Assembly (NCBI RefSeq): GCF_004010195.1
Contig: NC_057751.1
Span: 12,882,014-12,943,897, forward strand
Source of the DNA: Chiloscyllium plagiosum
Taxonomy: Eukaryota
DNA: 61,884 nucleotides
Direction: 5' to 3'
The translations under genes were made by a program, and so were the position numbers. Below, in pieces: positions 26,329 through 39,974 of this stretch; the first letter of the stretch is position 1; each line of letters opens with the position of its first letter. Below the pieces are notes generated by a model. It was not told where the DNA came from. It did not search any database and saw only the letters and a program-made list of their open reading frames with translations.

Positions 26329-26424
26329 GTACTTTTGTTGTTTAAAGCCAACGTGCGTGAGGGGATTAAACACTATTATGACGACTTGGATTTCAAAAAC
26401 ATTCTGGATCGCATCCAGATCAAG
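26329..26424 (+). CDS. TSPAN15-like: Internal exon of a TSPAN15-like tetraspanin, N-terminal part of the large extracellular loop
   Basis: Acceptor atttttcatcctcag and donor AAG/gtcagt; 96 bp, phase 0-0; encodes [32 protein letters not shown], containing [10 protein letters not shown], the TSPAN15 signature of TspanC8 proteins; in frame with the 16659 exon. Confidence 0.93.
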
Positions 26425-26989
26425 GTCAGTCTCTGTTGTGGATTAATCAGTAGCTGTCTGCATGGTTCTCTTAGCTTCTATCACCTTTATCTTTGAGGTG
26501 AAGTTCACTAAGCATTGAACTGTGAACTGTGGCCACCTCTGGTTTGGGGTCATTATTTACCTAACCAGTTTTCCCAGTGTTTCCAGAATTGCTGTATTCT
26601 GTATGATATGACAACCTGATGTCTCTGATTTTCATATGGATGTATAAAAGCTCAGATCTCATGGGAATTTTGTATTGCTGAGATATTTCAGTTGCTACAT
26701 CAATCAAACAGTTGGGGAGTGAGGGGCAGAATATGAAGAATGCTTAAAGTGAGACAGGCCTCTCCGCATTACTTCCATATGGAATTTCATTTTGCAAAAC
26801 TTGCCTCTTCTTTAAAATACAATACACTTATCTTCTAGGAAAGAGGGAGGCATGGAAAATATTGTCCACCCACACACACTCCCAAAAAACAGCAACCAGT
26901 ATTGTGGTGAGTTAGTTTATTGATCTTCCCCTCTAAGAGAAACTTGCATTGTGGAATGTCTTTTACAAACTTTTTCTCCAAAGTGCTTT

Positions 26990-27375
26990 TCCAGTAAATA
27001 TGATCACTATTATAAATATGAGAAGCACAGGAGGCAATTTGCACAGGCCAGAGAGCACAAATAACAATGATACTGACCAATAAATCTGGTTTTTAGAACT
27101 GTTGATTGAGGATAAGTACTGACCAGGGCACTAGGAACAACTATGCTCCTGCCCTTCTTTGAAATATTGCCATCCAATAATTTGGAATCCACTTCAGAAG
27201 CAAGAAGAGACATTGGTTTCAAGTCTCATCCAAAAAGTGAGTCCTCTGACACAAAAGCACTCCCTCAGTGCTGCACTGGAGTGTCAGGCCACATTTTTTT
27301 TCAAGTTTTAGAGTGTGATTTGGACTTTGAACCTTCTAGATTATTAGGGAGTGGTGTCACCCACTAACTTCAGCT
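26990..27375 (-). mobile_element. DeuSINE (SacSINE1-like)
   Basis: caatttgcacagg, ttgattgaggataagtactgaccaggg, gtctcatccaaaa, gcactccctcagtgctgcactggagtgtcag, then tRNA-head complement ttgaacc. Confidence 0.6.
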
Positions 27376-27867
27376 ACCAATGAGCACGTATTTGACAATG
27401 AGTTTGAGCTGTCCTGTCAAGCAACTGCTTGAGGCAAATTTACTTATTGATTGTGTTTTCCACTGGTCTTTGTGAATCAGCTGACAATGACTGTCATGGT
27501 CTGTCATAAATCAACATTACGTGTGCCAGAGGTTTAAATCGGCATCAATTTAGAGCTGGGTTGCAGAACAGAGAGATCAATTATTGTTAAGTCACCTCGA
27601 AAACGAATGTGAAATGGTTTATGGAGTAGTTAAAGAATTGGCAGGGCAGTCATTCTTCTACGAAGATGGCTTTGAGTGTCTGACTCAGCCATTTTCCCAG
27701 GAATATCTCAGAATGCTGACAATGAGAAATTCACTGCTGGTGTCAGTGATGGATAAATAGTTCCAAATGGCACTTTGCTGATGCTAGGGACAGATTAAAT
27801 TACACTAATTTGAGCAGCAGAGAATGCATCACGCTATGCAAAAGAACAAACATTATAGACGAATTTG

Positions 27868-28032
27868 ACAATTGCAACATTTAAGAGGCATCTGGATGGG
27901 TATGTGAATAGGAAGGGTTTGAAGGGATATGGGTCGGGTGCTGGCAGGTGGGACTAGATTGGATTGGGATATTTGGTCGGCATGGACGGGTTGGACCGAA
28001 GGGTCTGTTTCCATGCTGTACATCTCTATGAC
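27868..28032 (+). mobile_element. CR1/HER1 3' tail fragment
   Basis: Near-identical to 55787-55950; ends catctctatgac. Confidence 0.85.
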
Positions 28033-28271
28033 TTAAAAAAGACTTCATGTTTTGTGTTCAAGGTGAGTAAAAATCATCAGCACAAGTTGCTTTGAATTAA
28101 ACATGGCTTAATTTGAATCTTGATACATCCTCTATATGAGCTGAAAATGTCCTCCATTCAAGACCCTGAAAATTGCTTACTTCCTATATGCTGTAACAGA
28201 AGCAAGTATTCTGTTTCTCAGAAGCTGCAGTGATGTTATTCAGTGAAACTACATGGAAGAATTTCAATCCA

Positions 28272-28445
28272 AAGGTGTGCATGTCAGGTGAATTGGCCAT
28301 GATGAATTGCTCACAATGTTAGATACATTATTCAGGAGTAAATATAGGGTAGGGGAATGTATCTGTGTGGGTTATTCTTCAGAGGGTCGGTATGGACCTG
28401 TTGGGCCAAAGGGCCTGTTTCCATACTGTAGGGAATCTAATCTAG
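28272..28445 (+). mobile_element. HE1 SINE 3' half
   Basis: gtcaggtgaattggccatg...gggcctgtttccatactgtagggaatctaatcta. Confidence 0.8.
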
Positions 28446-31400
28446 TGAAAGCCCCAGCTTAGTCATCAGTGGTGGAGAATCAGGGCTGCTTTTCCCCAAA
28501 TGTTGATTCAATTTCGTCAGCTTTGTGAAAATGGTCATGAGCCCATGAGTCCCAGTTGTCGCCAATTTTGCCCTTGCTGGCCTTAGTACAATTGGTGGGG
28601 CTATCCAAATATTAGAATGGGAAATGGTAATGGTAATGTCAGCAGTTCTTGGTTGGGGAAATGTCGCCACATTTGCATTTCATTATAACTTCTTGAGTTC
28701 TTTTCATTGCTCCATGTGTCTTTGGCTGTGTGGACCCTAAGTTCTAGAATTCTCTCTGAAACCTTTCTTCCTTTAACATGGAGTCAAAACCTCTTTTTGG
28801 CCAAATATTTTGTGAATATATCCTTATGTCACCATCTACTACACATTGTCACATTTTGTTTGATTTTCCCCCTGTGCAGAGCTGACAGATGTTTTTAAGC
28901 TGTTGATGTAGCTGGGTTTTACTAATTCTTATGGCTTTTTCTGTTTGCACTCAAAATTGCAGAATCTTAGGAGGTTACAGTACAAAAGGCGGCTATTCAG
29001 CCATTGTGCCGGCCCCGGCATGATCAGGGAACATCATGACCAAGTGCACTCTGGCAGTTTATCAGCTTGCGTTGGGCACAGAGATTCATATCAAAGCAAA
29101 GGTGATGACCTGGGCTTTGAACACTGGGCAGATGTCCTACCTGGGCACAGCTAAAACACTGGATCAAACACTGGATCAAACACTGTGGAAAGAAATGCAC
29201 CCTTTCGAATGAGATTGACTAACCAAATTACATGAAACTGGTAACGTAGAAGGGTTCAATTTGTTGATCAGTAGCAGGCTCCTAATGCTTAAATATTAAG
29301 GACATTAATACCGGGCATTTGTTTCAAGAGCAGACCATCGTTCTCTTCAGCCACTTGTCAGCAGAATCCTCCCTAATGTATTGCTGACTCGTGATCAATT
29401 TAGTGCTCAGAATAAACAGTCTGTTCCGTTTTGCTCTGATGTATAACATGTAAGGTATACAGCACATAGTGGAATCAGCTGTCGAATAGGGGAAAAGCGT
29501 TGGGAAAAACAACCACAATGCTTTCGGACATGTAAATCTGAAATATCGGGGTATTTTGCAGGCAAATTCAAAAGGTGTAATTTTGTATTTCGGCAGGAAT
29601 ACATGTAAAAGGGAGTGATTGATTAAATAAGCCTGAGCTAAAGCCACTATACCCTTGGGTAAAACTCCTGGCCGCTAGCTAAAGATGCTGTCCTTTCAGA
29701 GCTGTCACTGTTTGGTGACTCCTCTGTGCAGGATTGTCGATTGTGCCATAAGGCATTCACTCCTTCTTAATAACATAAAGCTACATCTGTCACGGTGAGG
29801 GCATGTAACAGTCAAATGTCACACACATTCTTACCTTTTACCTTGAACCTCGAACCTCATTTACTTTGACTGATTGAACCATTTATTTAGAAAGATCTGG
29901 CAAGCTAGGTTTGGATAATGCCATCCTGTATGTTATTTCATTTTGGCACCAGCTCAAATGGATAGATCTCTGCAACAATCATATTATCAAACAGACCACA
30001 CTTAACACCCAGGGGCAAGTGAAAGGAACAGAAATCGTTCCTCATTCTTTGAGTGTTTAAAGAGAGCAAAATTAAAATGATGGTATTCACATGGGATGAA
30101 GGGAAACATCATATAATTGATTTTTAAAAGTTATTTCACATATAAATGGATTTTTTTTAAATCAAAGTAGAGAAACTTGGCATTCCACAATCTATGATTA
30201 GTTTTCCAGGATAGAGAGATCGTTCATTAATAATTGTGAACTTGTTAAGCTGCTAAAAACCCAGCTCCAATTCATATAATATGTTCTAACTTTTCAAAGA
30301 GATTTTCCTACAATAGCAATCATGTCAAAGCAAAAGTCACATTTACCCAGATGTTTCCATCAACAGTGAACCATGTGGAAGTGCAAACAATTTAGATTTC
30401 TACATTGAACTACATGTATAGAGACCCCCAAGTTGCTACTAGCTTCACAGTTGTAACACTAGAAACGTTGCTGTCATTGCAATCCATAGGGTGGAATTTT
30501 CCCAGCCACTGAATGATGAGGGTCTTAGTGAGAAAGCTGGGAAAATCAGCCATAATGAGACCTTGAGAACAAAATGTTCGATCATTTAACCAAATGCTGA
30601 ATGGTGAGATGAAAATCCCACTAAAGACTATCAATAGCTGCATTTGCATCCATTTGCATGGATTAGGTAGCCATTGTTCGTTAGCTTTATCTGATTTCCA
30701 TGCAGTTCCCCATTCTCCTTTCTATCAGGTAGAAATGAGACAACAACAATTCCAGATATGACAATTTAGAGTTATTATTTGGTGACTCCAGCTAATTGGC
30801 AGCTTCTTCAGCTCTCCATCTTGAACAACGGTCACTGACATCTCAGGGTACACTCCATGGGCAATGACACCTTCAGTGTCCCCATATACTACCTTGTCTT
30901 TTGGTACAGACGCAATGGTCGGAAGCTTGTCATGATTGTCAGCGCTGATCAGCCAATGGCATGGATACGTTGATTTATGTCAATCTCACACCTCCAACCA
31001 GCTTATGCTGCATGCGGTTGAACCAAATTCAAAGCCAAAGGAGAACAGTGCATGCTGCATAATCCTAACATTCTGTGCTCTGCAGAATTAGAGTCATCAT
31101 AGTGGAGATGTGATGGATTCTGAAAAGTTGGGAGAAAGGCAGCAGTCCAGGAAGATGAGGACATGCAGCAGGAGCAAAGTCATCTTCTGATGGGAGAGCA
31201 CTGCAACATCGGACACAGAAAGCATCCTCAACCCAGTTCTGTTCATCGCCTCATTGCCTACACATGTGTTGTCGGCTGAAAATCAAGCACTGTCTTTTCC
31301 CAAAGGCAAATGCAGCTTTCTGTTTGTTTGTTTACTGTTCATTTAACTATTGCTAAAAGCAAATGAACATTTTTCGGCTTGGGAAGGCATTCTAACATAT

Positions 31401-31984
31401 GATGGTCCCACATTGAACATTGAGAAGATGTTGGGCTAGACTGGGCATTGGGGAAAGAGTAGCACGCTCTTGGACTGAGTTCGAAGATAGGATGAAACGA
31501 AGAACTGATAACCTATCTGGCTTGGTTCTTAAAAAGCAATAGATTTATGAAGCTGGAATCAAACCCTGGCCCCTGGCATTGTGAGGCAGCAGTGCTGATC
31601 ACAATTATCCCCAATTAGTTGATATGAGACTTCTCCCAGTACATGAATGATGGGAGAAAGGTGATGTAGGGAAAGGCACAGTTGATGTGATACTTTGGCA
31701 AACTGTATACTGGACTCAAAACTTTAGCAATAAGATAAATTGCATTTTAAAGTGATCTTAATGTGAATTGATGCCAATATCTGATAAGGTATTGTCAGGT
31801 GTGACAGTGTTAAAGAGGCTTGGTAGGATGTACAAGTTCTTCTAACAGTCATATTCCATTCAAACCACTTCAAAGACATTCTTCCATTGTGTGGTTCTGG
31901 GTGTGCAGCATGTTCAAAGAGCTTTGCTGTAGCAGCACCTGGTAACTGTAATTTACTTTACCCCCTAATTCCCAGTTTGACAGA

Positions 31985-32425
31985 TTCTATTTTGCTCAAA
32001 AATGCCCAATCTGCAGGCAGTCAGTGCAGGCAGTCAATCCTTTTGTAAATTCCACTTTGGAAATAGAACCAGTCTGACTCAAGATTGGAATACAGCAACT
32101 CTAGCCTCACACCTTCAATGTATTGTCTGAGCTGAGATGCTACCTTTCCTTATAAAACCTTAAGTTATCTCGAGAATATGACTTAAAAGAAGTTCTGGGA
32201 TTTACATATTACGAACTGAAACTTGCAACCCATTCTAAAAGATGAAAGACTGAACAACAATCTAGGTTTGTTCAATATATTGTTTCAGTTGCATGACACT
32301 GTAATCTTTTGCTAAAACTTCTGTGTCTTATGGTCCTGCTCCACAACCACCTGATGAAATACCAGCGCTCCAAAAGCTAGTGCTTCCAAGTAAACCAGTT
32401 GGATTAAACTGGTGTGTGATTTTTA
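31985..32425 (+). mobile_element. Penelope-like 3' UTR/terminus fragment
   Basis: Related to the reverse complement of 5330-5745; degenerate hammerhead-like core ctgatgaaataccagcgctccaaaagcta. Confidence 0.7.
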
Positions 32426-32429
32426 GCAG

Positions 32430-32797
32430 ATGATTCTCGACTGACTTTCCTCTCTGAAATCTCTCCTGCCTGTAAGAACTTGTGTTAAAATTTACGTCTT
32501 TGCCAAGTGGTGTGTTTATGGGATATTACAGGAATTGGAACAGCTCCTTAGTTAAGATGCTGTATGAACTCAGTTAATTTTTCCAATAGTTATGTTACTC
32601 TAAATTCTGTTTCGCTTTTTGTTCGTGTTTCAACCGTAGTGTTTAAATAAACTGTATTTTGCTTAAAGCCGAGCGGTTTAACCATCGTCATCACACCTGG
32701 AATGTCCACTTCACATCTCGCTTTAAAATAAGAAAATGTTATGGTCCAGGTACCCTTCTTGGAATATTTTGAAGGGGTCTGGCCTGGTCCTTAACAC
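32430..32797 (+). mobile_element. Possible partial LTR (R/U5-like)
   Basis: aataaa signal at ~32646 and a ...ccttaaca end; no 5' TG end or TSD identified. Confidence 0.3.
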
Positions 32798-33711
32798 TTT
32801 GATGTACATGAGGTGTTTTGCCCACAATGAGAGAGTTCATAAGCTCAGCAATTAACTGGTGAAGAGGAAAATATCAAGTACACTTCTCTCCAAAGTTACT
32901 CACCCGTCACAATCCAGCAGGATGTGGGCATTGGGATAGTGTGTAACATATGCCTCGCAGATACCAGAGAAAATCTTGTCAGTGTTGGATGTCATCACTC
33001 AAAGCATTTCCTTTGTTCTGTTGAGAGGACGCTGTTAAAGAACAAACCTTCGCAATTACATGAACAAGACCAAACAGGAAAAGAACCCCTGGGTCCTCCA
33101 CAACTGTGATGTCGATATGGACCTCAACACACACACCCTGCACCCTAACGGAAAAATTGGATCTCCTGAACAAAGCAAGAAACCAGAAGTAAACCAAGGC
33201 TCATTGAGGGGGAATATGTTTCCTCTCAAACATTTTTCAGCAAATGAAATGAGTCCAAAAGATCACTCTGACCATTGTTATGATTGAATAGTGTCCTTCT
33301 CTATAGAAGGTGAGGTCAACCCAACCAGAAACAGTTCAGCTCTCATTTGAAAGAATTCAGTGAATTAATGTCCTACATGAGATGTTGGCCATTTCTAAAA
33401 CTTTCTTCAAAGTTTTAATTGTATTTTTATGGAGTGGAACGTGCAGACAGTAGACATTTCAGTGCCTCTGCCTTTATAACCGCCCTTGAAAAAATCCCCA
33501 GGACAAAATAATCTTTTTAAAGTGACAGCATCATCACAAAAGGACTGACATCAGTGCCAAGGAAGTGTAAAACAGCTGGTCACTTTGCCCACTTCTTTCA
33601 AAGCTGGAGTTAAAAGTGCTTTCACTTTAGCTGGGAGACTGGGAATACATGGCACAGACACCAGATATCAGTTAAGCTATTGCCTTGATTAAGAGCTCCA
33701 CTGGAGTAGAG

Positions 33712-33928
33712 TGAAATAACTACCGAGAGGCCAGTATCCCATCTCCAAGTCACCCCTTATTTACGTGTGCATAGTATACTGACATAGCCATCTCAGAGTC
33801 AGTCCCCTGAAACGAGGAGCTTCTAATCTCCTGGTTACATTGGTCAGCCAGGGCCTTTCCTGGCCCAGGTTAACAACCCCAATCACCGACCATGTAGTCA
33901 ATGAGGTCAACCTGGTTCAATGACTACA
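33712..33928 (-). mobile_element. Probable solo LTR (217 bp)
   Basis: TG...CA termini (tgaaataac / tgactaca) with 5-bp flanks tagag and cagag (1 mismatch). Confidence 0.55.
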
Positions 33929-36214
33929 CAGAGTTTCTGACTCAGAATCATTGATTCAGGTGTGAACAGCTAATACATGTTTTGGAACCAGCTCAAGTAT
34001 TGAACTAACAATGATGATCACAGCATTTTCCGAGTCACGCAACACTATCCTGGATGAAAGGATATGCTCTGAGTTGGAGATGAATTTCAGCACTGGAGGA
34101 TATCCCATCCAGGATTACACCAGAGACTTCAAAAGGCTGTAGCTAGTCTGTTTGTCATGTACTTCCAATAACTGTATTCTGTCCAGGTCAGTGCAGCCAG
34201 ACTGAGCAAGAATGTTGAGGGGTATAGATGGGCTCTGTATCCTTGAGATCCATGACTTGTAGTTGGTCCAGATTGATGGAATAAAGAGTGTGTTCTTTGC
34301 ACTCCTTAGGGGTCTGATGTGGAATGATTTGGGTGGCTTCAAACCGATTTCTTGCAGTATCAGGACAAAACAGTAACTCTTATTGTGAGCTTTCAAGCCA
34401 AAAATGTACTATCTTCACCAGATACTTATTTTTCTCATCTTAACAGTGGAGACTAAAGTAAGGAGTAAAAATGCAGCAGACTTAAAGAAAATGAGTGATA
34501 GGTTTGGGAAATACTGAAGCTTTAACTATCCTTTAATAACATTTCTGTTAGCTTTAACTTAGTTTCATGGGTTTATACCTGAATAATTAATACAGGTAAC
34601 ATCTAATCACTCCCTTTCCGGAGTTTTAATTCACACATCTTTTGCTGAATACTTTAGCCAGTCCATAAAATAATTATATTATTTGGAAAGTGAGTCTTGA
34701 TTAATTGAACATTTGTTTTGGTATGTAATTCCACTGAAGTGGTAAATTAAAGAAACAACCTATTCACAGGTTTTAGAATGAATGCAATTTAAAATTAACA
34801 TTTTTATTGGGATTTTGTTAACTGCAGAAACCCGTGCACTTATTGAAGTGAATATTATTAAAGTAGCACATAGAGGAACTGGATTCAGGAGGGAAATAAA
34901 GGTAGAAAAATGAATTTAAATATGATGCAGGTCCATTAGTTTCTGTAAAGATCATGACCAGGTAGTGTCTTTGGAAGAAATCCCTCTGTCTAAGACTTGG
35001 CATGCACATGAACTCTCCCCTCCAGGTTGCGGCCTCTGGTAATGGCTACAGAAGTGTGCTGGATGATATGAAGCTGGGATCACCATTATTATGGAATGCC
35101 TTTTCAAAAGTGTGCAATTGGAAACTTTCAACAAGGAGTTGATCTATCAGTGGGAAACTTGGGGAAGAAACTGACAGATTTATTTCCACTGCAACAACAG
35201 TAGATTCAGAAGAGATCTAATTTGGGTTGTTTAAAAACAGTGAAGTGTTGTGAGAGTGATTGCAAAGGAAAAACTGAACAGGTCAAGCAGCAACTGCAGA
35301 GTGAAAGAGAGCTCACACTTCAGGTTGATGGCCTTTCACAGAATTTTTCCAGCATCTTGCTTTTCTGTAAGTAGTTTGACTTCTCTTTTTGGAGACTTGG
35401 GAATGAGGATTCTTCAATTTAAAATTTAAAAGAAATTTGTAAGATGCTTTTCCCATGAGAATTGTTGAAGCGTCAGGGATGGCAAACAATTAAAGAGCTG
35501 CAGGAAGAAAGCAGGACACCAAGAAGGTAGTGCTCCAACAATGAGTTAGCAGGATATGGGCAGATGCTTCTAAATATAAATGAGAGAAAATGGGAAACAA
35601 AATATCTCTGACCTGTTCTGCAGATTTGATAGCTTTTGAGACGTTTTGCTTTGTACCTGGTTGTGATTCTGGAAGTGCATTTAAGTAGAACACAGGGAAA
35701 CAATCTCAACAGTTGTGCCACTAATCCAAGAGTCCATCAAACCCATTCATAAAACACTGCAACCTTCTCTTGACTGTGTCATGAAAGTTACATGTTTTCC
35801 TGAAACCAAGTTACCCCAAATATCCTCACAATCTGATTAGAAAATGCCCAACTCCGATCAGCATCAATCAGCATGAGCAACTGAAACCCAAAGAAATAGC
35901 AATCCCCATCAATATATTTTTTCTTTGAGTTTTCAAATTTAGACTTTCAACTAATTTAATTATCATTCATGCACTTCAGCCAAAGGACTTGATGACTGGG
36001 AAAATGTGGAGACAGAAGTGTGATTTGTTCTGTTGCCACAGAAATGAGTTCAAGGAAAATGTATATTGAGAACAGCTTTCTGTGCAGATGAATCTTATAA
36101 AATTGCTCGTAACAAATTAAAGGCCAGTGAGATAGATTTGTTTATCTATTGTGGCTGAAAATTAGGTTGCAATATTGAGAGATGCCCACAGAATCAAGGC
36201 AGTTGGATTTTGGA

Positions 36215-37350
36215 ACATTGAAGTTATTCAGCCCTTCAAGCGTGCTCTGTCATTCTAGGCCATGGATCATCATCTACCTTGATGCCATAGTCCCACAATA
36301 TCCCATATCCCTTCATGTCATTACTATCTAGATGTCTCAGAATCTCTATCCTGAACTGATTTAACGACTGAGCTTCCACTATCCTCTGGGGCAGAGAATT
36401 TGAATGATTCACGACCTTTTGAATGAAGACACACCTTCTTGGCTGAGTCCTAAATAGTTTACCTTGTACTATGAAGCAGTGTTTCCTGGTATTAGACTCC
36501 ACAGCCAGGAGAATCATGCATTCTGCATCACTCTGTCTATCCTTTTAAATCTGTTGTACATTTCCATGAGATTGCCTCTCATTCTTCTGAACTCCAGATG
36601 ATACAGGTACAGTCGACTCAATCTCTCCTCATAGGACAGTCTCACTATCCCAGAAATCAACTTCATCAAAGCTATGTTCCCCTCCCTCATGGCAAACTGT
36701 CTTTCCTAAGTCAAGGGGACCAGAACTGCACACAATACTCCAGATGCAGTCTCAGTCGTGTTATATACAGGTGCTCCTGAACACAATACCTCATGCGATA
36801 AAGGTGACCATGCCATGTATCTTTTGATTGTTTTCTGTATCTGCAAGCTAGCTTCCAGTGATTCATGATCAAGGAAACAATGGTCCCTTTGGACATTAGC
36901 ACTTTCCAGCCTCTCACCATGTAAAATACACTCTATACCTTCATTTTTGTTATCAAAGTGAACAATCTTGCGATTACCCACCTTATATTTTATCTGCCAG
37001 GTTCCTGCCCACTCACTCAGCCTGTCTAGTTCTACTTGGATCCTCTTTGCATCCATCTCACAACTCGCATTCCAAACAAGTTTTGTATCATCTGCAAATT
37101 TGGAAATATTCTAATTGGCCCCCACTTCCAAATCATTGATATAATTTGTGCTGGGGCCCAAGCACTGATCACTATGGTGCCCAATGAGACTGACCTGTTT
37201 ATTCCTACCCTGTACTTTCTGCCTGTTAACTCATCCTCAATCTATGCTGGTGTATTGCTCCAGTCCTGTATGAGTACATTTTCTTAATTAACCAGTGTGT
37301 GATTTCATTGAAAGCATTGAAAATGCACTACATCCACTGGATTGCCTTTT
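36215..37350 (-). mobile_element. CR1 LINE fragment
   Basis: KFADD-encoding complement (tatcatctgcaaatttgg), LDRLSEWAGTWQI, LEYCVQFWSP. Confidence 0.85.
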
Positions 37351-37913
37351 TCAACTCTGCTGGTTGTTGTGGTCTTAGCTGATGGTAACATGGGCCAGTC
37401 ACATTTGAGAGTGAATCTTTTTTGCTTTTAGTTAATGTAGTGGTCAGCCTGACAGGTGTGAGCTTCACAGTGACTCCAGCTGCCACTCAACTTCCAAAAC
37501 CCAGCTTTTCAAGGCAGAGGCAGTTCCTGCACATTTAAATGCCAAGGAGTCACAACTCCCCGCATGACATGGCATATGCATTTTACACAGCCACGCTGTC
37601 CAGCCGTTCTTTCTGGCTACTTTCAGGCTATTTACTTTAAACTGGAGCTGAGAAAGCAGAAAGTAACATTACTCACCAATCAATGCCAATGTATCTACCT
37701 TTGTCTCTGACTGCCCATCTTTTTTTGTGCCTCCTCCTCTTAGTAATGCTGACTGCCTGCCTTGGGATCCATGAGAGTTGGGAGTTTGACCTGCTCTGTG
37801 GAAAGAACTGGCTGACCTAAAACAATGACAATCTTGAGCACATTGCAAGTGTCCACTCAGAAATAATATTCCACTATTCTTTGAAACCATAGAGTTGTTT
37901 TGGGGCCTGGTTC

Positions 37914-38462
37914 CAGGGGTGGAATCTTGCACTCCGGGTGATAATGAGCTTGGAGGTGGCAAGGTCATTTCATTCGGTGTGGTGTGGTGTGATGGTTTAT
38001 GTACAACTTGTAGAGGCTTCCTGCCTTTACCTGAATGAAGTTCTGGATGGGATGTGATTGCATTGGCGATCTTTCTACTCCATTGCCTACTGGAGCCCTT
38101 ACGTGGCTCAGGAAAGAGCTTTTAAGAGCTTCAGCCTATCACCATTGGCATAAATCCAGCTGTCAGCTGGCATGTCACCATGTGGCATGCCCAATAGGTA
38201 AACCCATACAGGCAGTTTGCCAGCTGGGAGACTCCCTTACCCAAAGGTAATCAAGAACCTGATTGAGTGACTGGGGATTGGTCAGAAATCCAATGGGAGG
38301 TGCCCTGCTTTTACTTCCAAATTCAGTGACCTTGCCATCCCTGACTTCCGTCTCCAGGATCTTGAATCCTGGAGGAATAACCATCATTGGTCTCCTCACT
38401 GCCTGATTGGCATGCAGTCCAGAAGACAAGGATCCAACACATGAGCAGGATTCTGTCCCCTG
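37914..38462. mobile_element. Possible old non-autonomous DNA transposon (MITE)
   Basis: Imperfect TIRs caggggtggaatcttgc and gcaggattctgtcccctg; no clear TSD. Confidence 0.4.
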
Positions 38463-39974
38463 TGCCTATAGGACTCCAAGCCAAGATCTCACACTCATGT
38501 TATTTGTCAAGTGAAGGTCGGAGAATGTTGTCACGGAGCCCAATAAACACAGTCGTTGTACTATGGGATGGAACAATCACAGCGAAAGAAAACAGGCCAA
38601 CCTGTAATTATCCCTCACTCAAAGTTCTTTTTAAACTTTCCAAAAAATTAATTAAAATCACTAACATCAAAGCTTGTTCAATTCAGCTGATGAATGGAGA
38701 ATGAACTTTCCCAGTTAGATTGCGCAAAAGGGAACATCAACAGGAAGTTACTTTAAATCCATCTACCATTTTTGACCTGCTTCACTGTGTACTCCTTGCA
38801 ACAAACTATTTCATTTGCACTTATCTCCAGGGCAGGAAACAGCTAATGTTCCAGTCAGTCATTCAGTCCCAACTAACTCATAAAATAAGACAAGTTGCTC
38901 TCAAGAAACTTGAGAGCTGTTATAGATCGGTCAAATTATGCATTGCAATAGCAACTTGTCACTTTGAACTTGGGTGAATGCAGTGGAATTGTTTCACAAT
39001 AATACAAGCAAAGGTCTGGTTTCCTCAATACTAAACCATGGACAGGCAAAATCCCACTCTTATAAACTGCATCATTCAAAGCTCTCCATTCCTGCCTTTT
39101 CATCACTTTGCTTTGCATGAAAATAAAATCTACAGCCAATTGTGGTCTCTGATTTTTACTGCAATCTGCAAACTCTAAAAATTATCGTGACTTTTTAAAA
39201 AACGTTTTCCGAAAGGTATAATGGATTTTCTTTTACTAGAGATGTCCTGTCAATGCAAGTTGCCTTACTACATGAATAAGCCTGTGTTTCGACACTCATC
39301 AATGTGGAGGAGTCCGACTGGCCTTTAAATTCTGTTCTAGTCAGTCTTGATTGGGCCCTAAATCTTCTGCTAATGGCATGTTCGAATGAGAATTTCTGAA
39401 AACTGGGGATGGAAAATCGATGTTCTCTGTACAGCAGCCCATTTAATTGTTCATCTAGCAGGTCGATCAGAACAGGAATAGCAGACAGAGTGTAAACACA
39501 TTTGAATGGTACACTGTGGAAACATTAGACTGACCCCAGGTGCTGTGCTGAGGTGAAATAGCCTGTCAGTGGACTGCTCGGTGTGCACATGAAAGCAGCA
39601 CCTTTTCGTATTTGAATCAGGAAATGATGCAAGCGTACTCTGGAATTTTCCCCACTGGGTTTGGAAGGCAATGAGAAATGGTTCACTTCATTGGGATGCT
39701 GCCCTTTTCCTCCCATCCCTGTGCCAAGCTACAGGGTTATGTCTCAGAGTTGGCCGGGCACTCCCTGGGATGGTCACAGTGGACAATTTGCCGGAGAGGG
39801 CTTGCCGACTGCCTGCTCCAACTGCTTTGGCTAAAACATCTAGAATTGATTCTCTGAAGCTCTCTATCTCTCTCTCTCTCCTCCTTTAAGACATTCTTCA
39901 GCACCTAGCTCATCCGTTAATTGATTTTGTTCAGTAGTGTCTCTGAGAGCACATTTTTAAGGACTTATTTAGGT

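Noticed and set aside
29155-29186. aaacactggatc repeated about 2.6 times
   Set aside because: Ordinary short slippage duplication
31545-31600. tRNA-like A/B box sequence
   Set aside because: Isolated SINE head fragment; no cloverleaf
32924-33287. Protein-like ORFs (MNKTKQEKNPW...) as a terminal exon
   Set aside because: In-frame stop just upstream, no convincing acceptor, no similarity to a tetraspanin C-terminus
34115-34396. 93-aa minus-strand ORF
   Set aside because: No recognisable motif or good splice signals; length within chance expectation
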